Shown here one piece after another: positions 1 to 17,001 of a stretch of 64,000 nt of DNA (its first letter is position 1; each line of letters starts with the position of its first letter). The notes below the pieces were generated by a model. The model was not told the origin of the DNA. It made no database searches and was given only the letters and a program-made list of their open reading frames with translations. Both the position numbers and the translations under genes were made by a program. Source of the DNA: Eledone cirrhosa (taxonomy: Eukaryota); the NCBI GenBank assembly GCA_964016885.1, contig OZ024756.1, positions 14,322,001 to 14,386,000 of the forward strand, written 5' to 3'.

Positions 1-40
1 TACAAATAAATATATATATATAAATAAATATATATATATA

Positions 41-390
41 TAAATCAAGAAAGAAGAGTGACATGGTTTGCTATACAATAAGGGCTTTATTCACCTTGCT
101 GACAATTGTTTCTCTGAACTGGTAGGTCTAGAGATCGCTACCCGCCTGTTTTTGCGTCAATCGAAGCCATTATTGTATAGCAAACCATGTCACTCTTCTT
201 TCTTGATTTATTATTACTCCAAGTGTAAACTACATAGAAATCACCGCGTACTCGCAGCGTAGTCGCAGCATCACTATGGAAACGTCTTGTTGAGTCAAAC
301 TTAGCCAAGCGTTGGTACTATCCACTACTCGGAGTACCCTAACTGGACTTCATCTAAGTGGACTACCTATAATAATAATTTGTTATCCCG
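41..390. mobile_element. PLE pseudo-LTR fragment with short inverted repeat, between (TA)n runs
   Basis: 41-80 is the reverse complement of about 172-212. The minus strand carries a hammerhead 3' half (GAAA-CAATTG-TC, about 100-111). The sequence resembles the PLE pLTR end at 19620-19820 (shared gtttgactcaacaa, ggagtaataata, acatggt..gct.tacaata). Confidence 0.6.
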
Positions 391-391
391 T

Positions 392-529
<138 letters not shown>

Positions 530-635
530 AATGGATTTTAAGCCAATCATTTGTGAAATATACGTAACTGGTCGGTAATCAATAAAAGCATTCATGTGAA
601 ACTTTATATTTATATATATCAACTAGAAATCGATT

Positions 636-662
<27 letters not shown>

Positions 663-676
<14 letters not shown>

Positions 677-908
677 AAGAACACAAGAGCGTCTACAACA
701 TCAAAAGATTTTTATTGGCTAACAATGTTTCTTCCTTACGTGTAACCGTAAGATTCGTCAGAGCTATAAAAGGGGTTTGATTGGTGTTAAATCTTTTGAT
801 GTTGTAGACGCTCTTGTGTTCTTTTTCATATATACGGCTCTGCTCCAAAGCATAGAGCTAATTATTATGCTGCCAATACCTTAATGGGACACGGGTATAT
901 AATACCTA
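663..908. mobile_element. Fold-back mini-element in (TA)n with hammerhead ribozyme
   Basis: Inverted arms 673-711 / 789-827, an unduplicated 3' tail to about 908, and (TA)n on both flanks. Confidence 0.7.
715..767 (-). ncRNA. Type I hammerhead ribozyme
   Basis: Minus strand reads tagct CTGACGA a-tcttacg-gttaca-cgtaagga-a GAAA cattg TT agcca: core motifs, paired stem II and stem I. Confidence 0.7.
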
Positions 909-924
909 ACTCCTATTAACCTAA

Positions 925-1007
<83 letters not shown>

Positions 1008-1125
1008 AAATAAACATATGAAACAATCACAGGGAATAATTCTGCAGTGGATATGGCGCATGTCGCTCTGACATGACACCCTGAATTTAATTTTGGATAT
1101 ATATATATATTCATATATATATATA

Positions 1126-1470
1126 CAGTTGTCCCCCGGTATTCGCTAGGGTTACGTTCCTAGAGCACCCGCGAAGAATGAAAAAACCGCGTGGTCCATA
1201 AAAATGCCTATAAACGTCAAAATATAACGTAAAATATAATTTTTAAAATGGCGAGAGTCTCATGCGAAGAGGAGTCGGCTGGCAAATATAGTATATTGTT
1301 AATAATTTAACGTTACAAAAATATATATTGCCACGGAGAAATCCATAAAAATAATCACAGAAGATATTTACAATTCCGCGAATATGCGGTGGTTCCCACG
1401 AACAATTATTAGTTATGTTCTAAGGAAAATTCCGCAAATAACCGGTACCACGAATGCCGGGGGTACACTG
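1126..1470. mobile_element. Tc1/mariner (pogo/Tigger-like) MITE
   Basis: TIRs CAGTTGTCCCCCGGTATTCG / CGAATGCCGGGGGTACACTG, TA on both flanks, no ORF. Confidence 0.8.
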
Positions 1471-1476
1471 TATGTG

Positions 1477-1514
<38 letters not shown>

Positions 1515-1690
1515 TCCGTTGGTCTTTCCAATTGCTAATACTATCTATCGGTCGCAACTCCAGGTAGAAGAAGCAACGTGAAATAAAGTGTCTTGCTCAA
1601 GGACATAACGCATCGCCTGGTCCAGGAATCGAACTCACAACCCTTACGATTTTGAATCCAATTCTCTAACCACTCAGCCACACGCCTTCA
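1515..1690 (-). mobile_element. tRNA-derived SINE, family B (other copies about 25470-25780 +, 32290-32465 -, 44500-44680 -)
   Basis: Minus strand has an A box (tggctgagtggttag), a B box (gagttcgattcc) and a ccttgagcaagacactttatttcacgttgct core that recurs in the other copies. Confidence 0.8.
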
Positions 1691-3271
1691 CTATATATAT
1701 ATATATACATATTTATACGATAAGAAATATCTATATTTATCGTTTTATGTAGCTATAAGCTGCGATATCTCTTTTAAACTGTGGAACGGAGAACAGTATG
1801 ATAAGCGGAGTTTGATGAGTGCTAACAAAGTCAAGAATCCTTCGTTAGTGCTGATAGTCAGTTAGGCGCTCCTCTGTGAATATTTGGAATAAATATACTT
1901 CCAAGATATATTTCCCTTTTGATATCAAACCACCACATGTCGCTCCCAGATTCTACGATATAAAGCAATTTATTTTAAGCGTTTATATTTAACTAAAAAC
2001 CTATCATAATTTCTTGCAAGAACCTTTGTTAAGTGATGTTCCAAACATCAGATTGATATTGAGAAAGTTAGCTATATTCTTAAATCCTTCCAAATATTTG
2101 ATTATTTAAAAAATTCGTTGAACTTAATTAGGATGTCTTTCATTAGAAACATGAAAACGAAAGGGTTACATTTAAATATACATTAGTATACTGAACTTTT
2201 TGAGTGTTTATGTATTTGTATAGAATGAATGTATATTTTCGTTTCGTTTCGTTTTAAGCTGGTTGCTCCTTTATATTAACCTTATCTTTGTTTTGTTTAT
2301 CTATATTTTAATGTATTACTCTCGCTTCTAACTTAAACACTAATGATTTCTGTTAAATAGTTTCCTTAGTTCTGTTTATCAGCGTTTCAATTATTAGCCT
2401 TCTTGCCATGCTTTGCTGAAATTTCTCAAAGTTCTTTCACTGTTATATCTATAAGACTTTTCTGTTATACTACACAACTTCATGCAATGTTTCATCTGTA
2501 AAAACTTTGTGAAACGTTAGATTGTTACACCTGTCAGAACTTTCTGGAATTTCACATAGGTTCTTACAGTGTTACACCCGTAGGAACTTTGTGAAATGCC
2601 ACACAGGTATTTTGAATGTCCCGCCTGTGCGAACCTCCAGTTGTGCGACATACGATCATACAAGTTTCACCTGTAAACACTATGTGAAATGTTACACAAT
2701 TTTTTTACAGTGTCACATCTGTAAGAACTTCCAGTTATGTAAAAAAAACGATCTTGCAGCGTTTCGCCAAACTGCAAGAATTCCTTGCAATATTTCACTC
2801 CAATTTCTTATTTGGTTAGTTATTTGTTCAGTTCTTTCTACACGTGTTCTGGTTGTTGTTGTTATTTCCACTAATTTATTGTTTTGTTGTTTTTGCTGTT
2901 CTTGTTATTGTTTTTCTCGTTCTTCGAAGAATTCGGACAACTGTATTGGTAAGAATGGTAGAGAAAATGCCTGAAAAAGATCTTTAATGGCTGGTGGACA
3001 ACACCACTCCACTGCACGTCAGCCATTAATGTCTTTTAGAAAAGATATGGAGATCACATACCGCCATTTATACGGTTTCGGTACAGAGTCACAAATATAT
3101 TTAGACCCATTCTCTTATCTCCCGAGTTCAAATCTAACCGAACTCGGCATTGCTTTTTCATCCACAGGTTCGATTAAAAATATAATCCAGTTATATATTG
3201 GTGATCGATGTCATTGAATGTATCACACCTTTAAACAGTGGTGGTCATCGTGACAGCATTAGAACAATTAG

Positions 3272-3465
3272 GGGCGGTGGATTGGCAGTGTCGGTAGAGG
3301 GTCGGACGCCATGCTTTGGCGCACTGAGTTACGGCCCTTGCCATTCTGAGTTCAAATCCCGCCGAGGTTAACTTTGCCTTTCATCCTTATGGAGTCGATA
3401 AAATAAAGTACCAGTAATACACTGGGGTAACAGCTGGCCTTGTGCCAAAAGTAGAAACAATTATT
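3272..3465 (+). mobile_element. tRNA-derived SINE, family A (Nin-domain-like core)
   Basis: ggcggtggattggcagt..ggtagag (A box), gagttcaaatccc (B box), gcctttcatccttacggggtcgataaaataaagtaccag core and an (att)n tail. More than 25 copies in the window. Confidence 0.9.
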
Positions 3466-3800
3466 AGAACAATTATTATTGAAGTTTCCAGTGACTGCAA
3501 ATGCAACAGTGAGTAGAAATGTATTGTCAGTGCATCAAGTGTTATAGAAATTACACTGAGATGTTTAGCTGGATCCTAGTTTGTGCATATATTAAATAGC
3601 TCTAGATTACTAATATCTCTGTGGACAAGAAGTCTGTAGTCTTTCTCTGATGAAGATTTAAGACTAGAAACGAGTTAGATGAGTACCATTTTCTGTCCAC
3701 AGAGGCTTAAAACTAAGGGTGTAACGAGATTGTTTAATTTTAACAGCGAGGCTAAAACTGTATGGTGTAATATATTTCAAATTCTCAAGCTTTCTCTCTT

Positions 3801-3837
<37 letters not shown>

Positions 3838-3992
3838 GTATATTTAGTCGTTATATTAGGCGAAAGAATTCATTCTACATACCTAAGTACGTATGTATGT
3901 ATCTATCTATGTACATTCATACATAGATAGATACTTGGTCGATTGCTTGAATCAACCAACACTCATTACCGACACAAATATATATTTATACC

Positions 3993-4148
<156 letters not shown>

Positions 4149-4391
4149 TGTGTATGTGTGCGTGTATGCGTTTATGCGTTTATGTGCATATCTGAGCGCA
4201 TGCCTGTATGTCTATGTGTGTATGGAATTTTTCATTTAAGTCTGAACAAGTCTTGTTTGGAAGGAAGTCTTACATAACTACAGCCGGAGCGCGCGTGTGT
4301 GTGTGTGTGTGTGTGTGCGTTTGTATGTATATGTATGTATGTATATGTATGTGTGTGTAACTCAACATTGCCCCTTCTTCCGCCGCACACG

Positions 4392-4471
<80 letters not shown>

Positions 4472-4474
<3 letters not shown>

Positions 4475-4552
4475 GGTGTCCCTCCAAAAAATGTATACAC
4501 ACTTAAACACCAATCTAATAGAAGTGTGTATACATTTTGTGGGTACACCCTG
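4472..4552. mobile_element. 81-bp mariner-like MITE
   Basis: CAGGGTGTCC...aaaatgtatacacactt / aagtgtgtatacatttt...ACACCCTG inverted arms within (TA)n. Confidence 0.7.
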
Positions 4553-4622
4553 CGTATATATATAGTATACATATACATATATATAAATGAACAGAGAACA
4601 AAAAACAGAGAGGCAGTACAAT

Positions 4623-4680
<58 letters not shown>

Positions 4681-4728
4681 TATAATATATATATATATAT
4701 AATATATATATAATATATATATATATAT

Positions 4729-4774
<46 letters not shown>

Positions 4775-5031
4775 TATATATATAAAAGTTTATAGCAGAT
4801 GATGTTAGCTGCTGGTTCATGCAACCATTTTTAGCAGTAGTAACATGAGAGGTTGCCCCGGTATTACTACTGTAATCTCTCACTCCACCCCTTCCTCTCA
4901 CTCCACCCCTTCCTCTCACCCCAACACCCAGTCAGTAAGCCACCTTATTCTGCATACCTAATCAGTAGATCTTAACTTACTACAAACGTTACACGCCTCC
5001 TTCATCTAGTACCAGCATCTCTGGAATCGGT

Positions 5032-5071
<40 letters not shown>

Positions 5072-5194
5072 TTATATATATAGGTGTTGTATATGTTTGT
5101 AGTGTGTGTGTATATATATGTGTATATATATATGTATTTATATATATATATATATATATATGTGTATATATATATATGTATTTATATATATATA

Positions 5195-5233
<39 letters not shown>

Positions 5234-5264
5234 ATGCTTATATATATAGGTGTTGTATATGTTT

Positions 5265-5319
<55 letters not shown>

Positions 5320-5699
5320 CATACACACAGAGAGAGAAAGAGAAAGAGATTGTGTATGTGTATATTTATATATATAAATATATATAAATATATGTATATA
5401 TATATGTGCGTGTGTGAGTATGTATATATATATATATACACACCATGCAAGTGTGTGTATGTATTTGTGTCAGGCCTATCAGACAAGCTTTGGTGTGTTT
5501 TACAGAAAGTGCGTGGTAGAAATGAATTATCACGTGACTATATTCAACAGTTTACCCCCCCCCCCCCTATCTATCTAACCCCCCCCCCCCCACACACACA
5601 CACCCCTCTCTTTCGCTTTCTATATCTTTTTCTCTTCTTCACAGTTATCTGTTACCTTTTAACTTTCTCCAGAATTCATTCCATCTATTCCCTCAAAAC

Positions 5700-6215
5700 A
5701 GCACCACACACACACACACACAGACACAGACACACATACACACACACAGACACACAAACACAAGCACACACACACACACAAACAGACACAGACAAACAGA
5801 CACACACACAGACACACAAACACAAACACACACACACACACACAAACAGACACAGACACACATACACACACAGACACACAAACACAAGCACACACAAACA
5901 CACAGACAAACACAAGCACACACAAACAGACACACATACACACACAGACAGACACACAAACACAAGCACACACAAACAGATACACAAACAGACATACAAA
6001 CACAAGCACACACACACACACAGACAAACACAAGCACACACAAACAGACACACACACACAAGCACACACAGACAAACACAAGCACACACAAACAGACACA
6101 CAAACAGACACACAAACACAAGCACAAACATACAAACACACACACACACAAACAGACACACAAACACAAGCACACACACACACACACACAAACAGACACA
6201 CAAACAGACACACAT
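5700..6215. repeat. Degenerate (CA)n-based compound microsatellite
   Basis: cacacaaacagaca / cacaagcacaca units. Confidence 0.95.
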
Positions 6216-6315
6216 CTCTTGCGAACACCATCGCATCCATAACTATATACACCCTTATATATATATATACAAATTATCTATAAGTCATATATAAACAAAT
6301 TTATCTCTCTCTTTC

Positions 6316-6348
<33 letters not shown>

Positions 6349-6539
6349 CCGTGTAGTATATCTAACCTATACAGTAATTATATACCCAGCCCATAACTTT
6401 ACTCACCATAACTATATATACACACACATCATATATATGATGCATACATGAAAACATACAGATAAAGATATATCTATACATGCGCGTGTGTGTAGATATA
6501 TTTATGTTTGCATGTATGTATCATATATATGTATATGTA

Positions 6540-6632
6540 AGAGAGAGAGTGAGAGAGAGAGAGTGAGAGGGAGAGAGAGAGGGAGAGTGGGGGAGAGAGA
6601 GAGGGAGAGTGGGGGAGAGAGAGAGGGAGAGT

Positions 6633-6702
<70 letters not shown>
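6540..6702. repeat. (GA)n microsatellite
   Basis: Directly visible. Confidence 0.98.
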
Positions 6703-6707
<5 letters not shown>

Positions 6708-6849
6708 GAGATGTAAAAGAAGCTGTATTCAGCGGTGCTAATTTTAGATTCTAAATAACTCAGTGTTTTATTTACTTTGGTAAATACCGGCAACCTGTGT
6801 CCATATAAGACCTGCTGTAGGATAGCTCCTGGCATAGAACAGGGTTAAA

Positions 6850-6886
<37 letters not shown>

Positions 6887-7013
6887 AGCCAGGTGTCGAC
6901 AAGCACATTCACACACGCGCCCACTTGCACACGTACACACACTTACACGCAAGCATACGCACAACAAACATACATAATAGTTCATACACACACACACACA
7001 CATACATACACAA

Positions 7014-7148
7014 TCGGTAGAGGGTCGGACGCCATGCTTTGCACCAGCCGAGGTTAACTTTGCCTTTCATCCTTACGGGGTCGATAAAATGAAGTACCAG
7101 TAATATACGGGGTAATTGCTGGCCTTGTGACAAAAGTAGAAACAATTA
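7014..7148 (+). mobile_element. SINE family A, internally deleted copy
   Basis: Matches 3272-3465 with a deletion around the B box. Confidence 0.85.
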
Positions 7149-7310
7149 TATATATATGTAGAAGGTGAGTAATATTGTAGAACAATAAAACTATGCATAT
7201 ATCAGATAAGTAGCACTCAACAGTTGGTAGATCTGGAGTATATATTAAAGAAGAAATTAAAGAAGAAAAACCATCTTTTAATTTCTTCTTACATTATATA
7301 TATATATATA

Positions 7311-7544
7311 GTGGGGGAACACTGGAAGATAATATCCGTAGTGGTAGAGCACTCAGTTTATGGGACGAGTTAGGTAGAAGTGGTTACACAACAGTTAGTT
7401 CACCATACCGAGAACAATTGTTTCACCTTAGCGGATCCTCAGCTCGGAATGGGCATGGTTATAGGAACATTCCGAGTTGAGGATCCGCTAAGGTTAAACA
7501 ATTGTTCTCGGTATGGTGAACTAACTGTTGTGTAACCATTTCTA
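7311..7544. mobile_element. Fold-back mini-element in (TA)n with hammerhead ribozyme
   Basis: About 77-bp near-perfect arms 7375-7451 / 7468-7544, an unduplicated tail 7311-7374, and TA flanks. Confidence 0.8.
7406..7449 (-). ncRNA. Minimal type I hammerhead ribozyme
   Basis: Minus strand reads ccgag CTGAGGA tccgctaaggt GAAA caattg TT ctcgg. The mirror + arm has two core mutations (TTGAGGA, TAAA). Confidence 0.8.
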
Positions 7545-7820
7545 TATATATATATATACATACACCTCGAATATATATTAAGAGAAACTTCACAATAAGG
7601 GGAAGCACCCCAATACTTTAATCTGTTGATGGAACCCTTTCTGCCTTTGTCACCCTTATTTAAGCCTTAAAGAATTAGCTTCTAAAGAATTTCCCTTTTC
7701 TTTAAACCAATGAACCCCACCCATCCTGTAGACACCTGTCTTACAGGCATTGTTAGTTTAAGTGATAAACAAGGTTTGGTATTCCAAATGTGAATTTGTT
7801 TACAGTATTCTTTCTGCCTT

Positions 7821-7857
<37 letters not shown>

Positions 7858-7864
<7 letters not shown>

Positions 7865-8262
7865 TTATATTAATAAATGGAAACTATATTTATAAAACCA
7901 TAATTATTTTATTATATACATTTCAAGGGCAACCAAGGCAAATTTTGGTGCGCTTTCATCAGATAAAATACAAAATTTGTTTTATAAATGTTGACACCCG
8001 CAGAAGAACAACATTGACGGTTGTTCTTCTGCGGGTATGTCAACATTTATAAAACAAATTTTGTATTTTATCTGATGAAAGCGCACCAAAATTTGCCTTG
8101 GTTGCCCTTGAAATGTATATAATAAAATAATTATGGTTTTATAAATATAGTTTCCATTTATTAATATAATGAATATTTACTCCACTAAATTGTTGAGTGC
8201 TTTATATAGTTATAAAACTTTTAATTACAAATACCATTTACAAATTAAATATAACCTTTGTA
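7858..8262. mobile_element. Fold-back mini-element (about 150-bp arms) with two mirror hammerheads; relatives at 59355-59662 and 62167-62450
   Basis: Arms about 7858-8011 / 8021-8176 are almost perfectly complementary, followed by a 3' tail to about 8262; TA flanks. Confidence 0.85.
8064..8129 (+). ncRNA. Type I hammerhead ribozyme (mirror copy on - at about 7904-7969)
   Basis: tattttat CTGATGA aagcgcaccaaaatttgccttggttgccctt GAAA tgtata TA ataaaata, with an 8-bp stem I. Confidence 0.8.
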
Positions 8263-8304
<42 letters not shown>

Positions 8305-8309
<5 letters not shown>

Positions 8310-8790
8310 AGATAAATCTAACAAAATAAACGGTAGTGTCCAATCCGTATGAAGAACTCAATGTAATCCAAATATAGAAGATATCATGAAAAGAGAAAAT
8401 GCATTCAAAAATTAACGATAAAAATCCTAGGAAAACAGAGTCAAGATAAATTAATAAAAACAATTAAATAAAAACAAAGAACAAGTTCCCTATATTGAAA
8501 ATCTCATCATTTTACGATCGTTTCTGGGATATATATGTGTGTTGGTATGTATATCATGTTAAAGATCTATGTAAAAAAATATTACAAATTATCAGATGAG
8601 ATATATATACCTTCACCTATATATGCCATCTTCAGAAGATGGCATATATATGTGAAGGTATATATATCTCCTCTGATAATTTGTAATAGATCTTTAACAT
8701 GATATACATACCAACACACATATATATCCCAGAAACGATCGTAAAATGATGAAATTTTCAATATAGGGAACCTGTTCTTTGTTTTTATTA
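8305..8790. mobile_element. Fold-back mini-element with a long-stem-II hammerhead; relative at 45735-46071
   Basis: Arms about 8465-8632 / 8636-8790 fold back at the CTGAAGA core. The 3' half is GAAA-cgatcg-TA. Confidence 0.75.
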
Positions 8791-8864
<74 letters not shown>

Positions 8865-9372
8865 TCTATCTACCGATCTACACACTATAATTATATACAT
8901 AACATAACTCTATATTCATGCAAAAACTATATACACACAACTATTCACAGGAAAATTGGTGTATAGTTGTGCCTGGGATAGAACAGAGCTAATACGCACA
9001 CGCACACACAATATATATATATATATATATGTGTGTATATATATATGTATATATATATACATACATTCACCACTTCATGTTGGCTGGATCCATGAACTCG
9101 GTTGGAGATCCAGCCTGATCATTTGGAGATGGTTGTTTCGGTTGAGACACTCTAGAAGGCGTGCCTGAGGACTCTCATACGACCCTCCCAGTGAGGGAAG
9201 ATCTTGCTCTGTTTTTACTTTAATACAGTGGCAGCCCCTGGGGAATAAATACACTTTGGACACCCTCACCTTAAATAATAACTGTGATAAGATATTCTCA
9301 CTCGTACATAGTACACCTTCAGCATTTTAAAGCTGGCAGAGCCCATCTCCTCTCTAAGTCTGAATACAGTCG

Positions 9373-9463
<91 letters not shown>

Positions 9464-9659
9464 TCGAACACAGTTCTGATCTGGTACTTTTTTTTATCGA
9501 CCTCAAAAGGATGGAAGGCGAAGTGATCACGGTGGAATTTGAAGACCTAGAGTCGGAACAAATAACGCGACATAATCTATCCGACATTCTAACGACTCTG
9601 CCACTTCGCCAGACCAGTTTCAAAAGACATCAGCTATAATAGGGACCTCCACATAGACC

Positions 9660-10092
9660 TCCACATATATACACATATACATATATATATATACACATAT
9701 ATACATATATACATATATGTATATATACACATATACATATATATATATACACATATATATATACACATATATACATATATATACATATATATATACATAT
9801 ATACATATATAGATATATATATACATATATGGGTGTAATGATAAGAGGGTGTAATGATTTATATACATATATATATATACATATATACATTTATAGATAT
9901 ATATATACATATATATATACATATATATATACATATATATATATACATATATATATACATATATATATATACATATATATATATACATATATACATATAC
10001 ATATATACATATACATATATACATATACATATATACATATATATATATACATATATACATATACATATATACATATACATATATACATATAC

Positions 10093-10123
<31 letters not shown>

Positions 10124-10133
10124 CATATATATA

Positions 10134-10166
<33 letters not shown>

Positions 10167-10775
10167 ACATATATATATACATACACATATATATATACAT
10201 ACATATACATATATATACATATATATATATACATACATACATATATATATACATACATACATATACATATATATACATACATATACATATATATACATAT
10301 ATACATATATACATATACACATACATATACATATACATATATATATATACATATATACATATACATATATACATATATACATATACATATATATACATAT
10401 ATATATATACACATATATACATATATATATATACACATATACACATATATATATATACACATATACATATATATATATAAACATATACATATATACATAT
10501 ATCCATATACATATACCCATATACATATAGATACATACACATATATATATAACATATATACATATATATATAACATATATACATATACATATAACATATA
10601 TACATATACATATATATACATACACATATATATATAACATATATATACATACATATATACATTATATAACATATATATACATATAAATACATATATATAT
10701 ACATATACACACATATATATATATATATATACATATATATACATATAAATACATATATATATACATATACACATA

Positions 10776-10807
<32 letters not shown>

Positions 10808-10865
10808 CATACATACATATATATATACATACATATGAATATATATATAGTGTAATATATATATA
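9660..10865. repeat. (TA)n/(TACA)n compound microsatellite
   Basis: Directly visible; source of the IYIY/HIYI pseudo-ORFs. Confidence 0.98.
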
Positions 10866-10976
10866 GTGTATTTTGCAATACACTGTATGCTTAATTAAAA
10901 GCATTTCGAAGACCTTATTCTATTGTTTTAGAGTAGTGTCAGTCTCACTTTAATTTTCAGCAAACAGGTGAGATAA

Positions 10977-11021
10977 AGCTGACAGAGCCCTGTTTCGCAG
11001 TTTTTGGTGCTTATCAAAGCT
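10977..11021 (-). ncRNA. Degenerate hammerhead ribozyme
   Basis: Minus strand reads agct TTGATAA gcaccaaaaactgc GAAA cag-ggct-ctg TC agct (two core mismatches). It is flanked by the inverted repeat attttcagcaaacagg / cctgtttgctgaaaat. Confidence 0.45.
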
Positions 11022-11438
11022 AACTACTCCGCCTGTTTGCTGAAAATCATGAATGTTTAATTTTTATAGAATTGTAGTAATAATGAGGAACTCATCATAC
11101 AGAGCGGTTGCCGGTCAAGCAGAAATTGAAAATTAGAATTGGCGCTCACTCATAACAAGCCGCTAGTCACTGCCCAGTGTACTGAAATAGTTGTATGGTT
11201 CTGTGTTCAGAACACTATTCCGCCACTTTTTCAGAATGAAATCAATCTGGGACTTGGACAGGTGCATATCTGAGATGTAGGTCCACATCTCCCCGGATTC
11301 TTCCTAAATCTTAGGTTGGTTGCTATCAAGTTCGCCTCCAGCGGGGTGTCTCTCAGTAGTCTTCTACACACACATACACACACACCACCTTCAGCCCTCC
11401 CCACACACCACCTTCAGCCCACATGCACGCACACATAT

Positions 11439-15505
<4,067 letters not shown>

Positions 15506-15609
15506 ATAGAGAGAGAGGGAGAGAGAGAGAGAGAGGGAGAGATATAGAGAGAGAAAGAGAGAGGGAGATAGAGAAAGAGAGAGGGAGATAGAGATAGAAC
15601 GAGAGATAG

Positions 15610-15675
<66 letters not shown>

Positions 15676-15844
15676 TAATGTAATTTATACACATTAAATC
15701 AATGTGTATATTTATTAAATATATATATATATACACATATATTTAATATATATACACATTGATTGAAAATACAAGTTTTCAATAACATATTTGACTTTCA
15801 CTCTACAACGTATTTTGTTCAGTGAATGTCTGTTGCTTTTATAC

Positions 15845-15909
<65 letters not shown>

Positions 15910-16079
15910 TATATGCATGAAGCAATCATTCAATATATATGTTGCTAAGGAATCTGTTGCCCATAGTAATTTTACCTTCCTGGTTTTCTCCTTCTATATT
16001 CTGTATAGTTTTCTACATACAGCATTCTATACATATACTATTCCATATATACAGTTTTCTATATATCATATTCTCTATA

Positions 16080-16850
16080 TATAGCATTCTATATATATAT
16101 AGTATTCTATATACAGTATTCTGTATATAGTATTCTGTTTATAATATTCTTTATATAACATTGTATATACAGTATTCTCTATATAGTATTCTATATATAA
16201 TTTTCTTTATACAATATTCTATATATAATATTGTATATACAGTATTCTCTATATAGTATTCTATATATAATTTTCTTTATACAATATTCTATATATAATA
16301 TTGTATATACAGTATTCTCTATATAGTATTCTATATATAATTTTCTTTATACAATATTCTATATATAATATTGTATATACAGTATTCTCTATATAGTATT
16401 CTATATATAATTTTCTATATACAATATTCTATATATAATATTGTGTATACAGTATTCTCTATATAGTATTCTATATATAATTTTCTATATAAAATATTCT
16501 ATATATAATTTTCTATATAAAATATTCTATATATAATATTGTTTATACCATATTCTATATACAATATTCTATATATAATATTGTATATACAGTATTCTCT
16601 ATATAGTATTGTATATATAATTTTTTATATATAATATTCTATATATAATATTGTTTATACAGTATTCTATATATAATATTATATATATAATATTCTATAT
16701 ATAATATTGTATATACAGTATTCTCTATATAGTATTCTGTTTATAATATTCTATATATAATATTCTATATACAGTATTCTCTATATAGTATTCTGTTTTA
16801 TAATATTCTATATATAATATTCTTTATACAGTATTCTATATACAGTATTT
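16080..16850. repeat. AT-rich minisatellite, about 66-bp unit built from tattctata subunits
   Basis: tatacagtattctctatatagtattctatatataattttctttatacaatattctatatataatattg repeated. Confidence 0.9.
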
Positions 16851-17001
16851 ATCAAACATCGAAAACATTCTGCTCATTATTCTCCCCATTGCATACTTTC
16901 TCTTTTTGTACTTTTATCTTTTTTTTTTAAATATCGCTTACTTTAATATGCCACTTAATTTCGTGTCTGCTAGCCTAATACACCCGCCTGTTCATACACA
17001 G

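Noticed and set aside
2440-2974. 150-aa Cys/His-rich ORF
   Set aside because: It derives from degenerate tandem repeats (tgttacacctgtaagaactt-like) and low-complexity sequence, with no recognisable domain.
3272-3370. tRNA gene
   Set aside because: A and B boxes are present but form the head of a high-copy SINE, with no intact cloverleaf.
7858-8176. miRNA precursor, or purely an assembly fold-back artefact
   Set aside because: The arms are too long for a miRNA hairpin. Diverged family members exist elsewhere in the window, and other hairpins show arm mismatches or SINE insertions in one arm only, which argues for real, aged insertions.
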